NCBI GenBank assembly: GCA_043228905.1
Contig: JBHGNT010000018.1
Location: forward strand, 3,162,001-3,226,000
Direction: 5' to 3'
Source of the DNA: Azolla caroliniana
Lineage: Eukaryota > Plantae > Polypodiophyta
Length of the DNA stretch: 64,000 nt
Part shown: piece by piece, positions 38,220-50,800 of the stretch
How positions within the stretch are numbered: position 1 is the first letter of the stretch
Layout of the letters: each line of letters begins with the position of its first letter
The notes under the pieces: generated by a model
Told to the model about the DNA's origin: nothing
Seen by the model: only the letters and a program-made list of their open reading frames with translations
Databases searched by the model: none
Translations under genes and position numbers: made by a program

Positions 38220-41200
38220 CAACCATTGAGTGAAAGTAAGAGAGCATCCTCAACAAACTATTCTTACTACAATAATCCCCCCTAATTGCCCTTCATGTGT
38301 TGGCTTTGAGTTCCCTTTTGTGATGTTGTGATTCATAAACCCTTCTTTTGGATGTTGCTACGACCTCAAACTTGAACACATTTAACAGTAGCATACATAC
38401 ATTAAAGTTTGCAACCCTCTTGATACACAACCAAATATATACGTAATTTCCCCAAATTTATAGTTGTGTTGATTATTAGATTTTGTGTTTGCAATTTGAG
38501 AGCACTTGAAGTCTTGTAGCATTTAGTTCCACTCTTGCCATTTTTGCACACACCAACATTAATATCATGTGTTGTACTAAAAACTCCTTTGAATTTTGAA
38601 TGTGGGGGGATTCAGACAAGGGCTCTAGTTTAAAGACACAAAGTTGACATCTTGATTCTTGACCACCCACTTGCATAGAAACCTGATTGATATCTATAAA
38701 TAAACGAAAAGGTTTCCTTTGTTTCTCTTGACAGCTTTCTCAAGTGTGAAGAGAATCATGTAGTATTGAGCCTCTTCTATTTTCTAGACCCTCAAACGTG
38801 AATGTTATTAGAGAACAATTATATTGTTCAACATACTTGAAGAGTATTAAATTTAAGTCTCTAGCTCAATATTAAAGCTAGTATCTTAACAAATGGTGCT
38901 TGTTACATGCATTTATCAACTTTTCTAGCCAATTTGAGAATATTATCATATGGGAGATACATGTTTACCCATTTACGAAGAGACTAGTTTAATATAGCAC
39001 CTTGCCTTTGGATTATTCACTATTTACGTACTCATATGGGTATGATGGTGCAAATTTCCAGAATCTTCTAGGAAGTTCTCAAAGGTTTGGGTTTTGTAAA
39101 GTATGAAGGGAGTGTTTCTCTATGCCAAATTAATGTAGATAGAGCAATAATAAGAATACTCACAAGAAGAGTTTGCATTAAATGTTGGCATATGATGGAC
39201 ACATGCTATTTTGTCCAACATGTCTATTATACCTAGTATTATGATTGGATTTCAATGATTTAATAAGATCGACATATGACTTGACTCGTCAATGTCTTCT
39301 TCAAATGGTCTAGTGAATTTCAAAGACATTCATTGTCATGTGTTGGTGAGAGGGGATAGGAAGACAATACAAAAACTTGGGGTGAGTACATCATTGATGT
39401 TATATTACAAATCAATGTTTGAATGAGCCTTACTTAATTAAGGTTCCTAATGTGAGAAACATAAAAGCAAACCACATGCAGAAAAATCGTTCCTTTCTGG
39501 ATTATCATATGTTGTAAGTTGTTATTGAAGGAGTAGTGTACAATTTATATAGAAAATTGTGCACCATACTTTAATATAGTAAAAAACCTTATAGTCATAT
39601 TAAGGAAAAACAAATCAGCAATTATTGTGTAATATACACCATGGCCCAAGCCTATAAAACTGCAAGATACATGTACAATTCAAACTTGATAACTATAAGC
39701 ATTCGTTTGGAACTTAATCTTTTAGTTTGTCTTTACACACATTTCTTTATCTTTCAATTGACATTTGAATATGTGAACGGGCAACCAAAATATACAATGC
39801 AGTTGTTCAATAGTGATAATAGCACATACAATTGATGATCAATATTCTTGATATGCATGCATTAGATTGATGTTTATGGTCAATGACAATTGGGTCTGCA
39901 TAATGCAATTGCTCATATAAATTAGAAATAGATTTAGAATGAGAAGAAAAAACAAGGGATTTGGGCATTTGAGCATTAGTTCATTGAGCCATATTGTACA
40001 AGGGGCTTATGGAACCACACATATGGTCATGTTGGTGGGGCCAAATGAACGTGGGTTTTATGTAATTTGAACTTCCATGATCCAAAAATAGCATTTAAGC
40101 TTTGAAGCTAAATGTAGAAAGGCCTCTAGATTATGATATGCTTCAAAATAAAAAACAGTCAAATATTTAGACATAAATAAATAAACATTTGAACTTCAGA
40201 AATCTAGATGATGGTTTATACGTTTTTGTAAATGTTTTCACTAATTTTGGAAGGTCATATATAAGATAATTATCATTATTTTGATGTATAGTTATAGGGC
40301 GTAATCAAAATCATCTCGTGTTGTTTGTAAGCATGTTTTTCTTTAACAAATGGTTTTTGGTAAGAGTCTACAATTTGGAAGCCTTTTCTCACTTTTTGAT
40401 GAGTGCACGCACACACACACACACACAATCCAAATCCATTAAACATTATTGCATTCATTCATGTGAAAACGTTTTCATTTGAACCCCTCTTGCGCCACCA
40501 AAAGTAGCCAACAATTTATGGCTCTATAATCGTGAGTATAATATCTATATAGAAGACAAACTTTCCACATCACTATACATGTGAGCTCGAAGGAAATTAA
40601 GACAAGACCAAGGGTTTGGCTTGAAAGTGTAATATATGCACACACTCGAACAACGTGAAGATAGATTCGACATCAAGAATGATGGCATACATATGAAAAG
40701 TTTCACAAAGTTTTGAAATTGCAAAAAAGTTCTAGTGGATTAAAGTCTAGACGTAGCAAGTGCAAAAGGCGAGTATTTCATCAAAGGGCAATGAGCACAC
40801 AAGGGGCATGTTGTGTGTCAGGACGGCCCTTAATAAAAGGTAGGTGCAAAAATCAGGGATATGTTGGCTCCTTTGCAATATACATGTTACTCCTGATAAC
40901 ACATTTAACTACATATGTAGACCTTCAAGCAAGTGGACTCATTTGTCCTTTCCTCTTCCTTATATGCCCTTAACATTCCTCGCATGTTATTACTTGTCGA
41001 CTGTATAATTCAAGTTTTCTCTCTCTTTGGAGTTCACCGATGGTAGGCCATATTTTATGAACCCATGAGTTAAGGCTCAATGATAAATAATAAAGTTCTG
41101 TTTCAAGTTAACACCATGAAAAGTAGGGTTTGATTGTATGACCTTAATATGCTCCTCGTTGGATAAACTTACCAATTATAAGCTACATCTCTCTAACCCA

Positions 41201-41409
41201 TCTATCTTTATCTATTGACAAGCATTTATGTATACAAGTTAATAACAAAATATATGTATCACAAGAACTCGCATTGGCACAAAGACAAGTGAATCTTCTA
41301 TCTTTTACAAACATTTATTCATTAAGGATATATATATATATATATATACGTATATATGTATTATGTATATATATCCTCACAAGCACTCGCCCACTAAAAG
41401 TGATTAAGA

Positions 41410-41484
41410 ATCTCTCTCTCTTATTTATTTTTATCGTAAGTACCTTACCCTAATGGTAAGTTGTTACACTACAAGCACTATGTC

Positions 41485-41523
<39 letters not shown>

Positions 41524-41790
41524 GTAAAAGCACACAATTATATTAATTGTATGTAAAATCCACTTAGTTACAACACTTCTTAGTCTCCTCTACCTATCAT
41601 ATTCTCTCTCTCTCTTTTGGTGAAAACACACAATTATATTAATAAATGTGTGTGAAAAACACTACTTACAATGGGTGTGACAATGGAGTTTGGTCACCCA
41701 CTAACTACACAACATGGATAGTGGAACATGTTGAATTGCCAATAGGCAAGACGAACACACCACTGAGGAAATATCTGTGTGTGTGTGTGT
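41410..41790 (-). mobile_element. Stack of short non-LTR 3' ends separated by (CT)n: SINE tail (~41422-41487), L1-like tail (~41521-41600), L1 tail (~41615-41772)
   Basis: Reverse complements match 9950-9996 (SINE) and 22160-22322 (L1 3' end). The middle piece shares CACACAATTATATTAAT with the L1 tail. Confidence 0.8.
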
Positions 41791-42856
41791 GTACACTAGT
41801 GTGTTGATGCTTACGTCCTACGATTTTCTATTATTTTTTGTGATTGTTACTGTGTGAATCATGAACTTTGTTCGTTTGTTATTGTTACAATGATATTATT
41901 CTGAAAGTATCACAAAACTATCCCTCCCTCTCTCTATGCCCATGAAAAATTATAATTATATTATACGTAAAACCAAGGCTAATTACTATATAAAAATACC
42001 CTATTCCATACAAATTTATCATTAAAGTGAATAATTCTTTGTGCATGTTCCCATAAAAGGTGTAGTAAACGAGAAACAAAGTTACAAAAACTTATGGTAG
42101 GTCATCATAGATCTCTCTCTCTCTCTCATAGATTGCAATCGGTGTCCTTTGGATGTTAAGAAGGGGTCTATATCTCTCTCTTTTGAGGTTTCTTCCAATC
42201 ATAGATGAAATACTTGAACTACTCGCAACTTACAAGTACAAAAAAGGCTTACTATGTAATTTAGAATTTATAATAATATGAGGAAATTTGAATGTTAGGT
42301 TCTCGAGATGACAATTTCGTAGCATCAATGCTTCTCTATAAGGTTGAAGAACGAGGTTTGTGGACATCCTTTAAGTTCACTTGGAATGAGTTTGAAACAT
42401 CTCCAAAACCTACAAACACTATACATGCTCCTACTGCTTGAGACCATATCACTTCCTATCGATATCATCGAAAAGTTTATATAGAGTTTATGCTTAAGGT
42501 TAAAAAACCATCACATTGAATCCCTAGAATCCCATGGGAACCAAGTGAAAAGATTTAAAGGACTCATTAAAAGTATTTTTTTTGCAAAGCTAGTGTATCA
42601 CAACTAGGGAAAGATGTGAGGCACATTATATTACATATGTGGCCCCACGGATACTCATTAGAGCTTCTCCCTTTATCCTCTATCCATATCATTGCTTCCA
42701 TATGTCTTATCCGACATTCTCTTAGATGTGTGGCACAAGTGAGGAGACTCTTTGACCATGCATATATTTCTTGATCGAGTTTGAGGGTTTGAGTGTTACA
42801 CTTTCATATGATGTGTTCCATTCAACCATATTCAAGTCCCCCCCCCCCCCCCCCCC

Positions 42857-42887
<31 letters not shown>

Positions 42888-45800
42888 GAAGAAGAAGACT
42901 ATCCATTCATTAGTTAAAAGGCAAATCTGCTACAACATACAAATTAGATGAAAAGGAAACCAAAAAACATCGACGACCACCCATATATGCTTCCCTTAAG
43001 CAAGCTACGGAGATGACTCTATATACATCCAAAGTAGCAGAAACACAACCAACAAGGGGTGAGAAGTGCTAGCTCGTCCTACAATCATCCATTTGAAAAT
43101 GTGGAATAAACCTCTAGAGCTTTCAAATAGCTATTTGTTATAACATTGAAGAATCCATATGTGCAGGAATACTATCATATTCTGCTTTTAAGAACTCACA
43201 AATTCTTACCAAATGGAAGCGATGGTTTCTTCAACAGACACAATTTGACCTTGAAACATTCGCACACACTTAACTTTCCATAAAGACTATAGAACAATTG
43301 GAGCCAGTTGATCCTACAACTCCTTTTTTAATTGCAACACAACATTAAATCCCGCAAGAATGCAACAATATGTGATTTGTTAATTTTGAAAGCATGATTG
43401 GAGTCCATCCCATAAGAAGAAACGGAAATATGAAATGAATTCCAAACCACACTTCCCAATGAAACAACACCCATGAAGCTCGCAATCACAAAAATTCTCA
43501 GCAACCTCTTTAGAACTTCTTGACCACTATACATTTCCAAAGAAAATGTTGAATAAATCCTTGTGATTGACAAATTAGACAACCTACATGAGCATGACAT
43601 GTCCACATACCAACCAAAACTCTGTGCCTGACCATCAATCGTTGAAAAGTTGTAGTTCTTTGAGCAATTGGCCTTTTCCAAATCTAACTCTAAAAATTCC
43701 TCAAGAAATGGTTAAGACTCCCTTCAGCATTCCAATAATCCTTCATAGTAGAATGCTTTCAGTTCAAGTTGCCTTTTGACATTCCAGTTAGGTTTCGACA
43801 CATTCTCAAACTTGTGAAGTACCTACCTACATACATTCCTCTCACAATCATGTGTGCACTCTTGTTTGTGATTTTATTAGTAAAATTATTGAATCTCTAA
43901 AATCATTATTCAAATTCACACATACTCTATAAAAATGTTTCACTTGCGATCCCATTGATGATATTTAATCTTTGGGGACAAACATAAAATCTCTCTCTCC
44001 CTCCCTCAATAGCACTATCAGTGTTAAGCAAGGATGCCCACTCTCACCAACTCTATTTGGTGTATGCATTGATGAATTAGAAGAAATGGTTGCCAAGTTT
44101 GTAAAGGAAGAAGGTGTCGAAGAAGTTACCATTGGTATGTTGTCATTATGCTTTTGTTATATGTGGATGATGTAGTGCTATTTGCAAATACTCTAGGGGA
44201 TGCATGAAATTTTATGAAGGCATTGGAAAAAATTTGCATGCATACTAAATTAAATGTCAATAGCTCTAAAACAAAGATTATGCTTGTGAAGAGCCAAAAA
44301 ACTGATAAACCATGCATTATGTACAATAATGAGCCACTTGAATGTGTTGAAAGCTTAAAATATTTTGGCCTTGAAGTTCCTTCAAATCATAGATGGAATG
44401 AATGACATGCTACACACCACTTAGAGGCGGGAAAGAGAGCATATTATGCATTTGAGAACACATGCAATCATGGAGATATTAAGTGTTGTGTCCTCAAGAA
44501 ATACCTTTTTGACACTTTGGTGAGACCGGTGCTTCTCTAATGGGGTGGAAGTCTAGGGTGGTAGCATCCATAAATCTACTTGGAAAGAGTTCGAAAATGT
44601 CCAAAAACAATTTCTTACAAAGTTTCCACAAGTTTAGGCGCCATGCACCCTCCTCCTTGAGACAAGATCACTTTTAGCCATCACATTGCAACAATTGCAC
44701 CAAGTGGGAGGCAAGGAGGAACTTTTCTTATTTGCAGTATCAGTGACACCTTCTAGTGCCACTCAAGGGAATTCAGGCATCCAAATTCCCAAAAAATATC
44801 AAGATTATGCTGATGTTTTCGACAAAGTCAAAGCTAATGTTCTTCCAAAGCATCGGCCGTACGACTGTCCTATTGATCTCCAACCAAGAAAAGAGCCACC
44901 GTGGGGTCTGATTTACAATTTATCACCCATTGAGCTTGAGGTTCTTCGAGAATACATCGAGGGAAAACTTGCACATGGGTTTATTCAACATTCAAAGTCT
45001 CCAACTAGTGCTCCTATCTTTTTAGTGAAGAAAAAGGACGGATCCCTTCGTTTGGTCGTGGACTATCGAGGCATAAATAAAGTCACCATAAGGAATATGT
45101 ATGCTCTACCTTAATCTCCCCTCTCTTAGAACGCATTGGCGGAGCAAAGAATTTTACCAAAATTGATCTAAGGGGTGCATATAATCTTGTTCGAATTCGA
45201 CCGGGAGATGAGTGGAAAACTGCATTTCGTACTCAGTATAGTCATTTCAAGTATACAGTCATGCCTTTGGGCTCACAAATGCACCCGCATTATTTCAATA
45301 TATGGCAAATGACATTTTCCGGGATTTCCTGGATATCTTTCTCATCATCTACCTAGATAATCTATTGATTTACTCTAAAACACAGGAGGAGCATGATATA
45401 CATGTGTGGAAAGTACTTGAACACATAAGAAAGTATGGTCTTTATGCCAAACTTGAGAAATGCAGTTTTGATTGCAAACAAGTCGAATTTTTGGGATACA
45501 CTATTTCATCCAAGGGTATTTTCTTGGATCCGGCAAAAGTCCAAACAATATTGGAAGAAAAATCAAGCTTTTTTTTGGAGTATCAATGCGGACAAGGCTT
45601 TTACTTAGCCAAAAGAGGCATTCACATCAGCACCTATCCTAGCGCATATTGATCCCGAAAAGCCATTTACTATTGAGGCGGATGCGTCAGACTTCGCATT
45701 GGGGAGTATCCTATCGCCACCAGGCGAGGACGGGAAGACTCATCTAGTCGCGTTTCACTCGAGAAAATTTACTGTTTCGGAGATAAACTATGAGGTGCAT

Positions 45801-47439
45801 GACAAGGAGTTACTAGTTGTGGTCGACTCATTCGAACAATGACGTCATTTTCTAGAAGGATCGCCTCATCGGATTATCATTTATAGTGATCACAAAAATC
45901 TCACATATTTTCAAACAACTCGAGTATTAAATAGACAACAAGCTCGGTGGGCCCAATTTCTAACGCGTTTCGATTTCAAGATCATTTTTCGCCTCGAAAA
46001 ACAACAAGGGAAAGCAGATGCTTTGTCTTGGCGTTCGTATATAGCTCTTCAACCTGGAGATCCGGTCTTTGACAATCAAAAACAGATTCTCCTTGGGCCA
46101 TCAAAGCTACATGCAACAACAATTTATGCCACGCACAACAACTTCACTCTACTGATTTCGCTAAGGATGTCTTAGCCCACATTGGTTCAAGCCGTCCATC
46201 TTGCTCCACATTGCAAGGGTCATCTCAACATTATTGGGACTTCAAGTGGCAAGATGACTTACTCTTCTACAAGAATCTCCTTTACGTCCCTGGCAGATCA
46301 CCCCGACTTCAAGTGTTAGAACATTGTCATGATGCCCCCATGGCTAGACATTTTGGTATTGCCAAGACCATTGAATTGGTTAAACGTTCGTTTTGGTGGC
46401 CTCACGTGCAAAAATTTGTTGAAGATTACGTTCGCACATGTGACACCTGCTGTCGCACCAAAATACCCAGGCATCATCCTTATGGCTTACTACAACCATT
46501 ACCACCTCCCAGCAAGCCATGGTAGTCTATTTCTATCGATTTTATTACGGATTTGCCACCTTCCAAAGGCTTTGATAGTATTTTAACAGTAGTGGATCGG
46601 TTCACAAAGATGGCACATTTTGTACCGTGTGTAAAGACCATTAGTAGTGAAGAAATTGCAGATCTCATTATGCGTGAGGTGTTTCGCCATCATGGTCTCC
46701 CAAATGATATTATTAGCGATCAAGGTCCTCAATTTATCTCACACTTTTGGAAGCACCTATGGGCATGCCTCAAAATCTCATGCAAACTCTCTTTAGCTTA
46801 TCATCCACAAACTAACGGACAAATTGATCGGCATCACCTTAAGTCTCCTTTTAAGGTTGGTGACCGAGTATGGTTGCTTCGTCGTCACATCAAGACTACC
46901 CGCCCATGTGCTAAGCTCGATTATCAACGCTTAGGTCCTTTTGTCATCACAACGCGGATTAATGATGCAACATTTCGTCTTAACCTTCCTGCACATATGC
47001 GGCTTCACCCAGTCTTTCATAGCTCTCTTTTGGAACCTTGCCGCACCTCTTTAATTCCTAATTGTGTCGTACCACAACCGCCTTCTGTCCAACTGGTTGA
47101 CAGCCCCGAATATGAGGTAGATGTTATTCTTGATTATAAGATTGTGCGCAATAAGCTTTATTATCTAGTTGATTGGCTTGGCTATCCTCCGAGTGATCGT
47201 ACTTGGGAACTTGTCGATAACATTTGTAATGCTCAAGCCCTTGTCGACGATTTCCATCGCCACTATCCAAACAAACCCGGTCCTACAATGTTAACGCCGA
47301 GTGGATTGGCGTTCTCGTAGGAGGGATAGTGTCATGAACACATGACCATTATGGCATCACCCGAACTTGAACCTCAAACCTTGTAATCAATAATTGAAAA
47401 ACTCAACCAATAAGATACCTTATTATCATATAAGAGGAT

Positions 47440-47767
47440 TGTTGAGCGGCAAGCTCAACCGGAGCCGGATCGGCTGAATAAGCCGGTGTCGGTAAGCGAG
47501 ACGGATCGGGCGAAACAGATCGGTATGACGGTGAACAACCGAACCGGCAAGCAGTGGAGGCCGGGTGCAATCTGTAACCAGAAGTCCAATCGGAAGCCTA
47601 GTATAGGATAGACTATTAGGTAGCGATAGTCTCGTAGTAAGTGTCAGATGCTCGTGTGAGCATTGAAGTACATGGTACTTCTGTCAGTCCCAAGAGGACT
47701 TGTATAAATAGTGCTACTTAGCACACTGTGTATACTGTGTCTTGATATAATTTTGAAATAGCGTTCT

Positions 47768-47803
<36 letters not shown>

Positions 47804-50800
47804 GTTCTCTGTTTTACGCTTCCGCAAACACTTACGTTTACATGGTATCAGAGCGCGAGGGTTGAGAACCTCTGTTGCAGACATTTACTCTTGAGAAGAA
47901 AACCCTAACAGGTCGAAAACAGACACAGTAGAAGACATGGATAGAGGCATGGCTACATCGCTCCCGGTGGAGAAGCTCGACAGGAGCAACTACGCATCCT
48001 GGTCTTACAAGATGCACCAGTACCTGCTTGGACACGAGTACTGGAGTTATGTCGAAGGAGCGAATGATGCGGCGCCAGACTTGGCACACAAGGACTTCCC
48101 GGTATGGGAATAGGCGGCAAGCAAGGTGATGTACTGCTTCGCGTCCAGTGTCGGCGATCAGCTGCTCAGCCACATCCGTGACGCCAAGACACCGACGGAT
48201 GCTTGGGGGAACCTGAGAAAGGTCTTCGCCGTAAGCACCACTGCCCGGAAGCTGCAACTCAGACAGGAGTTGAGCAATGTTCGACAGAAGAACATGTCCG
48301 TGGTAGACTACACGGGCCGGATAAAGGAGATCTGCGACTCGCTCGCCTCTATCAATGTTACCGTAGAGGAAGACGAGATGGTGCAGGTATGTCTCGGAGG
48401 CCTGGCGTCCAAGTTCGGAGCGTTCCGGACTGCGGTGTGTACAAGGGAGAATACCCCCTCATTCTTCGACTTACACTCGATGCTCCTTGTAGAGGAGAAC
48501 CACGCCGGTGCATCTACCAGTGCATCCCCGGACAACCGAATGTTGTACACGGGAACGGATCGGCTCCATGGGCGTGGTGGAAGAGGTGGGTCGGCACGCA
48601 ATAGAGGCGGCCGGCAAGAGCAGGAACGGAGGCACTATGAGCGTGCCGACAACAGTTCCGGCACTTCCACAAGCAGGGGGAGTCAAGGCGGTGTTGGAGG
48701 CCGGCAAGACAAATTCGCTACGGAATGCTGGTATTGTGGCAAAAAAGGCCACAGGGAAAGCGAGTGCTGGAGAAAGCGTGCCGATTCGGACAAATCCGGA
48801 TCCGGCAAGACCGGTAAGGATGGCCGGCAAAACTCGCACTACGCAAACGTATTAGGAGGATCCGGAACCGGAAAGGTCAGTAAGGGGTCAGCCTTGGTGA
48901 TGAATCACAAGGCAAACTCAATGAAGAAGACCACTTCCAAAACGAAGGAAGTGTGGTATGTTGATTCTGGCATGTCGAACCACATGACGAGCCACAAAGA
49001 GTGGTTCTCCTTTCTGGAGAAACCGGATCAACCAGGAGTAGTCGAAACCGGAGACGACACTCCTCACCCAATCGTGCACGTCGGAGAAGTCCCTCTAAGC
49101 CACGTCGGACAGAAAGGGAAGCTGATGAACGTATTACATGTTCTGACAATCACGAAGAACCTGGTGTCCGTCGGTCAGATTGTTGACCAGGGGATGCAGG
49201 TGCGGTTTACGCACCTCGGGTGCTTCATTGAGGATGAGGACGAAGTCATTGCACAAGGGCACAGAGACGGGAGGATGTTTATCCTCAACACCAATGACTT
49301 TGGCACCGCTCTGTTCGCAAAACGACAAAAGGTCGAGTCGGACATCAACCTGTGGCACAAGCGGATGGCCACGTCAACTACCGGAGGCTTCAAGACCTGC
49401 AAACGAAACAAGTCGTTTTCGGTTTGCCGAAGTTCAGCGGCCGGAGAGCCGAAATTTGTGAAGCCTGCCAACTTGGGAAGCAACACCGGCTTCCATTCCC
49501 CACTGAACGGAACCGGAGCCGTAACAAGCTCGATCTCATCCATTCGGATGTGTGGGGACCGGCACAAAGTGTAAGCCTTGGTGGGAGCCGATACTTCGTC
49601 TCCTTCATCGACGACTATACTCGACATACTTGGATCTACCTCATTGAGCGGAAGAGCGAAGTCTTCGACTGTTTCCGAAGCCTCCAGAAGATGGTGGAAC
49701 GGGAATCGGAGAGGAAGATCAAATGCCTTCGGTCGGATGGCGGAAAGGAATATTTTTCCGGCGAATTCACTAGTTATCTGCAGCAGAAGGGAATTCAGCG
49801 ACAGTTCAGCTGCAGATACACACCGGAGCAAAACGGTGTGGCCGAAAGGAAGAACCAGACACTCGTCGAAGCGGCAAGGGCAATGCTGGAGGAGAAGAGC
49901 ATGCCCCGGTTCTACTGGGCGGAGGCGGTCCAGACGGCCGTCTACATACAAAACCGCATTGGTGACAAGGTGTCAGCTCATGAGCTGTATTTCGGGCGCA
50001 AGCCGAACTTAAGACACCTTCGGATATTCAGCAGCATAGCGTATGTGCATGTACCGGATCAGAAGCGGAGAAAGCTGGATGCAAAATCGGGAAAATGCAT
50101 CCTAATCGGCTATGCTCAAGAGCAAAAGGGGTATAAGTGCTATAACCCCCGGACGAAGGAAGTCCGAGTTAGTCGGGATGTCGAGTTTGACGAATCGGCA
50201 TCCTGGTACTCTATACCGACTCCGACTTCCGATCCCGACCCAATGCCGGAAGATCAGGCCAGTGAGCCTGAATCAGCCCTAGCAGAGGATGATGAAGCCG
50301 GGACTCAAGATGAGAGTCCGGAATCGTTTCGGTTGAGTGGACCGAACAAGCGACTGAGTCGGTTGGACCAGTCGGATGAAGAGATGGCAAGTGATGGAGA
50401 CTCTGCCGTGTTCACCCCGCGCAAGGAACCGAGGAAACGGTTCACGCGCAAAGAGAAGGGGAAGAGGAAGATGTCGGAATTTGAAACCGGCAATGATGAG
50501 TCGGATCGGTGCGTATCCGACTCCGGAAAGGAGAAAGGCAGATCTTCGGTAACGAAGACCGAACTGGCCAAGAAGGGCCTCAAATCAGGTGACGGTGCGT
50601 TGCGCCGATCAACCCGTCAGAAGGATCCCGTCGTGCGGTACGGGTACAATGAATACATGGCGCATCATTATGCGTACATGACTAAGGTGACAGAAGTGCG
50701 TGAGCCGGAGAGCTACGCAGAAGCGGCAAGGGACACAAATTGGCGTGCCGCTATGGACGAAGAAATGCGGGCACTCGATGCCAACGAAACTTGGGACCTA

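Noticed and set aside
42838-42898. Poly-C/poly-A/(GAA)n run
   Set aside because: Simple repeat with no further structure; homopolymer length may be a sequencing artefact.
38300-43900. Faint coding-like patches (possible old transposase or retroelement debris)
   Set aside because: No motif could be assigned with confidence by eye.
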